64,000 nt of DNA from the human T2T-CHM13v2.0 reference genome, Homo sapiens. The DNA lies in assembly GCF_009914755.1 (NCBI RefSeq), contig NC_060941.1; one strand, 5' to 3'. The notes below the pieces were generated by a model. It was not told the DNA's origin. It saw only the letters and a list, made by a program, of their open reading frames with translations, and did no database searches. The position numbers and the translations under genes were made by a program. This document shows, one piece after another, positions 61,836 through 64,000 of the stretch. Numbering within the stretch: the first letter of the stretch is position 1; each line of letters opens with the position of its first letter.

Positions 61836-64000
61836 TTATATATAATATATATTGTATATATATAATATATATGTATATATAATATATATGTATATACATA
61901 ATATATATACATATATAATATATATAATATATATGTATGTATAATATATGTATATATATTATATATGCATATATATTATACATACATATATATTATATAT
62001 ATAACATTGTAAATTGTAAATAAAATTTCTTATAAAAAGGGGAAATGTATATGTTTTTAAAGCATCAAGATACTGACTACAGGATAAAATCTGGAGGAAA
62101 AAATAGATGAGAATAAAAAGAAAAGAAGGAACTTGGGAAAATGTCTTCATTTTAATATACCTATATTTAGTATGATTCTGTTTTTTAAAAAATTTAATCC
62201 TGAGTTACAAAGCCATAAAAATCTACTTAGTGTTTGTAGTCACTTTATATATATTTTAAACACTTTCATATTGGTTAGTTATTTTTTCTTCAGGTAGCAT
62301 GAGTCAGATGGTGGTTCTAACTTAATTCCATAATCTACCATTGTGTTGTAGTTATTGTCTGAGATCTAAATTACAGCCATGGCATCTCGTATTTTATTCT
62401 CCAAAACTCCACAACACTTTAATACTTTATTTGAAATGATTCAACTGGGAGAGTATTAATCAAATATATCACTTGTATAGGGTAAACCTTTATAAGAAAA
62501 AATTACCCAGGAATTCTTCCTAATCTTGATCTGTTATTTTTTTTTCAACTTAGATGTTGAAACATCTTTCAGTAGAATATTTCCTTTCTAGTTTGCCCTG
62601 AATTCTTATCTTGGAATCAGGAATCTTTCAGAGAACATGTGTTCATCTCTGGAGCTTCAAGCCAGCTTGATGTCTCAAAACCTTTTTAAAGTAATTTTCC
62701 CGTGATTGCATTCTTTAAGTGACAGAGAATCCTCATTTTTGCTCCTTTTTGCTAACAGCAAGGAGACTTTTAGTTTCCATTTCTTGTATTATAGAGCCTT
62801 GCATTCTTCTGTTTTTCCTGCAGATAGCAAAAGAGAAAAGAATAGTGGAGTAGAGAAAATACTAAATGATTAGATTCTTGACTCTTGACATGAGAATGAC
62901 ATTCTACTTTCTGTCCTCGCATCAGAGGCTGCAGACTGATGGTCTGAGATCCAGATAGAGCCCCCAGAGCTCTCTTGTTTGGTCTGTATGCTGTTAGCCT
63001 GCATGGTTTTTAAAAGAAATTATTTGTTGCCACATTTCACTTGGGAGAGTTCACATAACAATTTCCTCCTTCTCTAGTCAGTTGAAACATCTGGCAACCC
63101 ATGACCCAGCTTCCTGCCCACCTCAGCCCCATCAGCTGGAGCTCATGAACAGCTACCCTCTCTTAAACAAGGCAGGATCCCTCCTACCAAGTTCCCAGCT
63201 CCCCCTGCTCCCGCCTGACTTCCCAAGACTAAAGCCAGCCTTGGCTGCTGTTTGTCCTCCTGATTACAGGATTGTTTTTCTTAGAGCTGAGAAATAGTTT
63301 TATATTTCCTGTCTCCATTACAAGTAGGAAATAGAGGATCGTGCGGACTAGTTTTTAAGATAATGGCCCATTTGATTTATTTTATTTTTTTTTAACTTGC
63401 TGGCCTCTATAACCCATTGAGTTTACAGACTCAGGAGAGGAACCCACTGCTGAGACCTAATTCAGCTACTACTATAGCATAATTGGAACCATCTTTCCAA
63501 TTATGCCTACTTTTGGTAATTCCCTGCTGATAACACAGCAGCCAGAAATATTTGTATTTCCTCCTAAAGTTTTCTGAGTGACTTCGTTAGAAGGCCAAAT
63601 TTTTAAGAAAACATTCATGAGGAATCTAAATGTTGCCATAAAAATTGTTTTGGGCTTACCAGTGGAGATTTTTGCTATCAGATTTGTTTTTAATCTTACC
63701 AGCATGTCTTCTCACTTAGCATACGTCACTGGCTTCAAGCCAAGAAGGTGAGGATTTCCATACTCAAATTCCCACAGGATAGGCAGGGGACTTAAACCAA
63801 TGATAGAGACTGTGCTTAAAGGGCAGTGATAGTTATTTTGAAATATATAATATACAGTATATTACTATAATCACCCTGATTAAACTTCAGATGTCTCACC
63901 ACAGAAAATCATGAGTAAGTGAGGTGATGGATATGTTAACTAGCTTGATTTAATCATTCCATACTGTGTGTGTGTGTACATGTGTACATATATCCCAACA

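Overview
Human or great-ape genomic DNA, entirely inside one + strand gene. Five short GT-AG coding exons (30385-30424, 31852-31956, 44348-44424, 51351-51462, 55206-55282) splice in frame to (R)[136 protein letters not shown](R). I recognise this from memory as the N-terminal BAR domain of ARHGAP44 (RICH2), coding exons 2-6; exon 1 and later exons lie outside the window. The rest is intronic and dominated by transposons: about 33 Alus, a long decayed antisense L1M, a 5'-inverted L1PA with TSDs, a two-LTR MaLR provirus, nested MST LTRs, MER74/MER21/MLT LTRs, MER5A/MER20/MER3/Tigger DNA elements, L2/MIR and microsatellites. Most ORFs in the supplied track derive from repeats. I found no new gene system, CRISPR array or RNA gene. 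The most interesting unexplained signals are a degenerate duplicate of the 3' half of exon 5 plus its donor flank in intron 5, an in-frame upstream acceptor at exon 3, a minisatellite built of GTAAGT donor motifs, inverted Alus closely bracketing a weakly defined exon 6, and several small recent duplications. Repeat subfamily names are from recalled consensus sequences and repeat boundaries are approximate.
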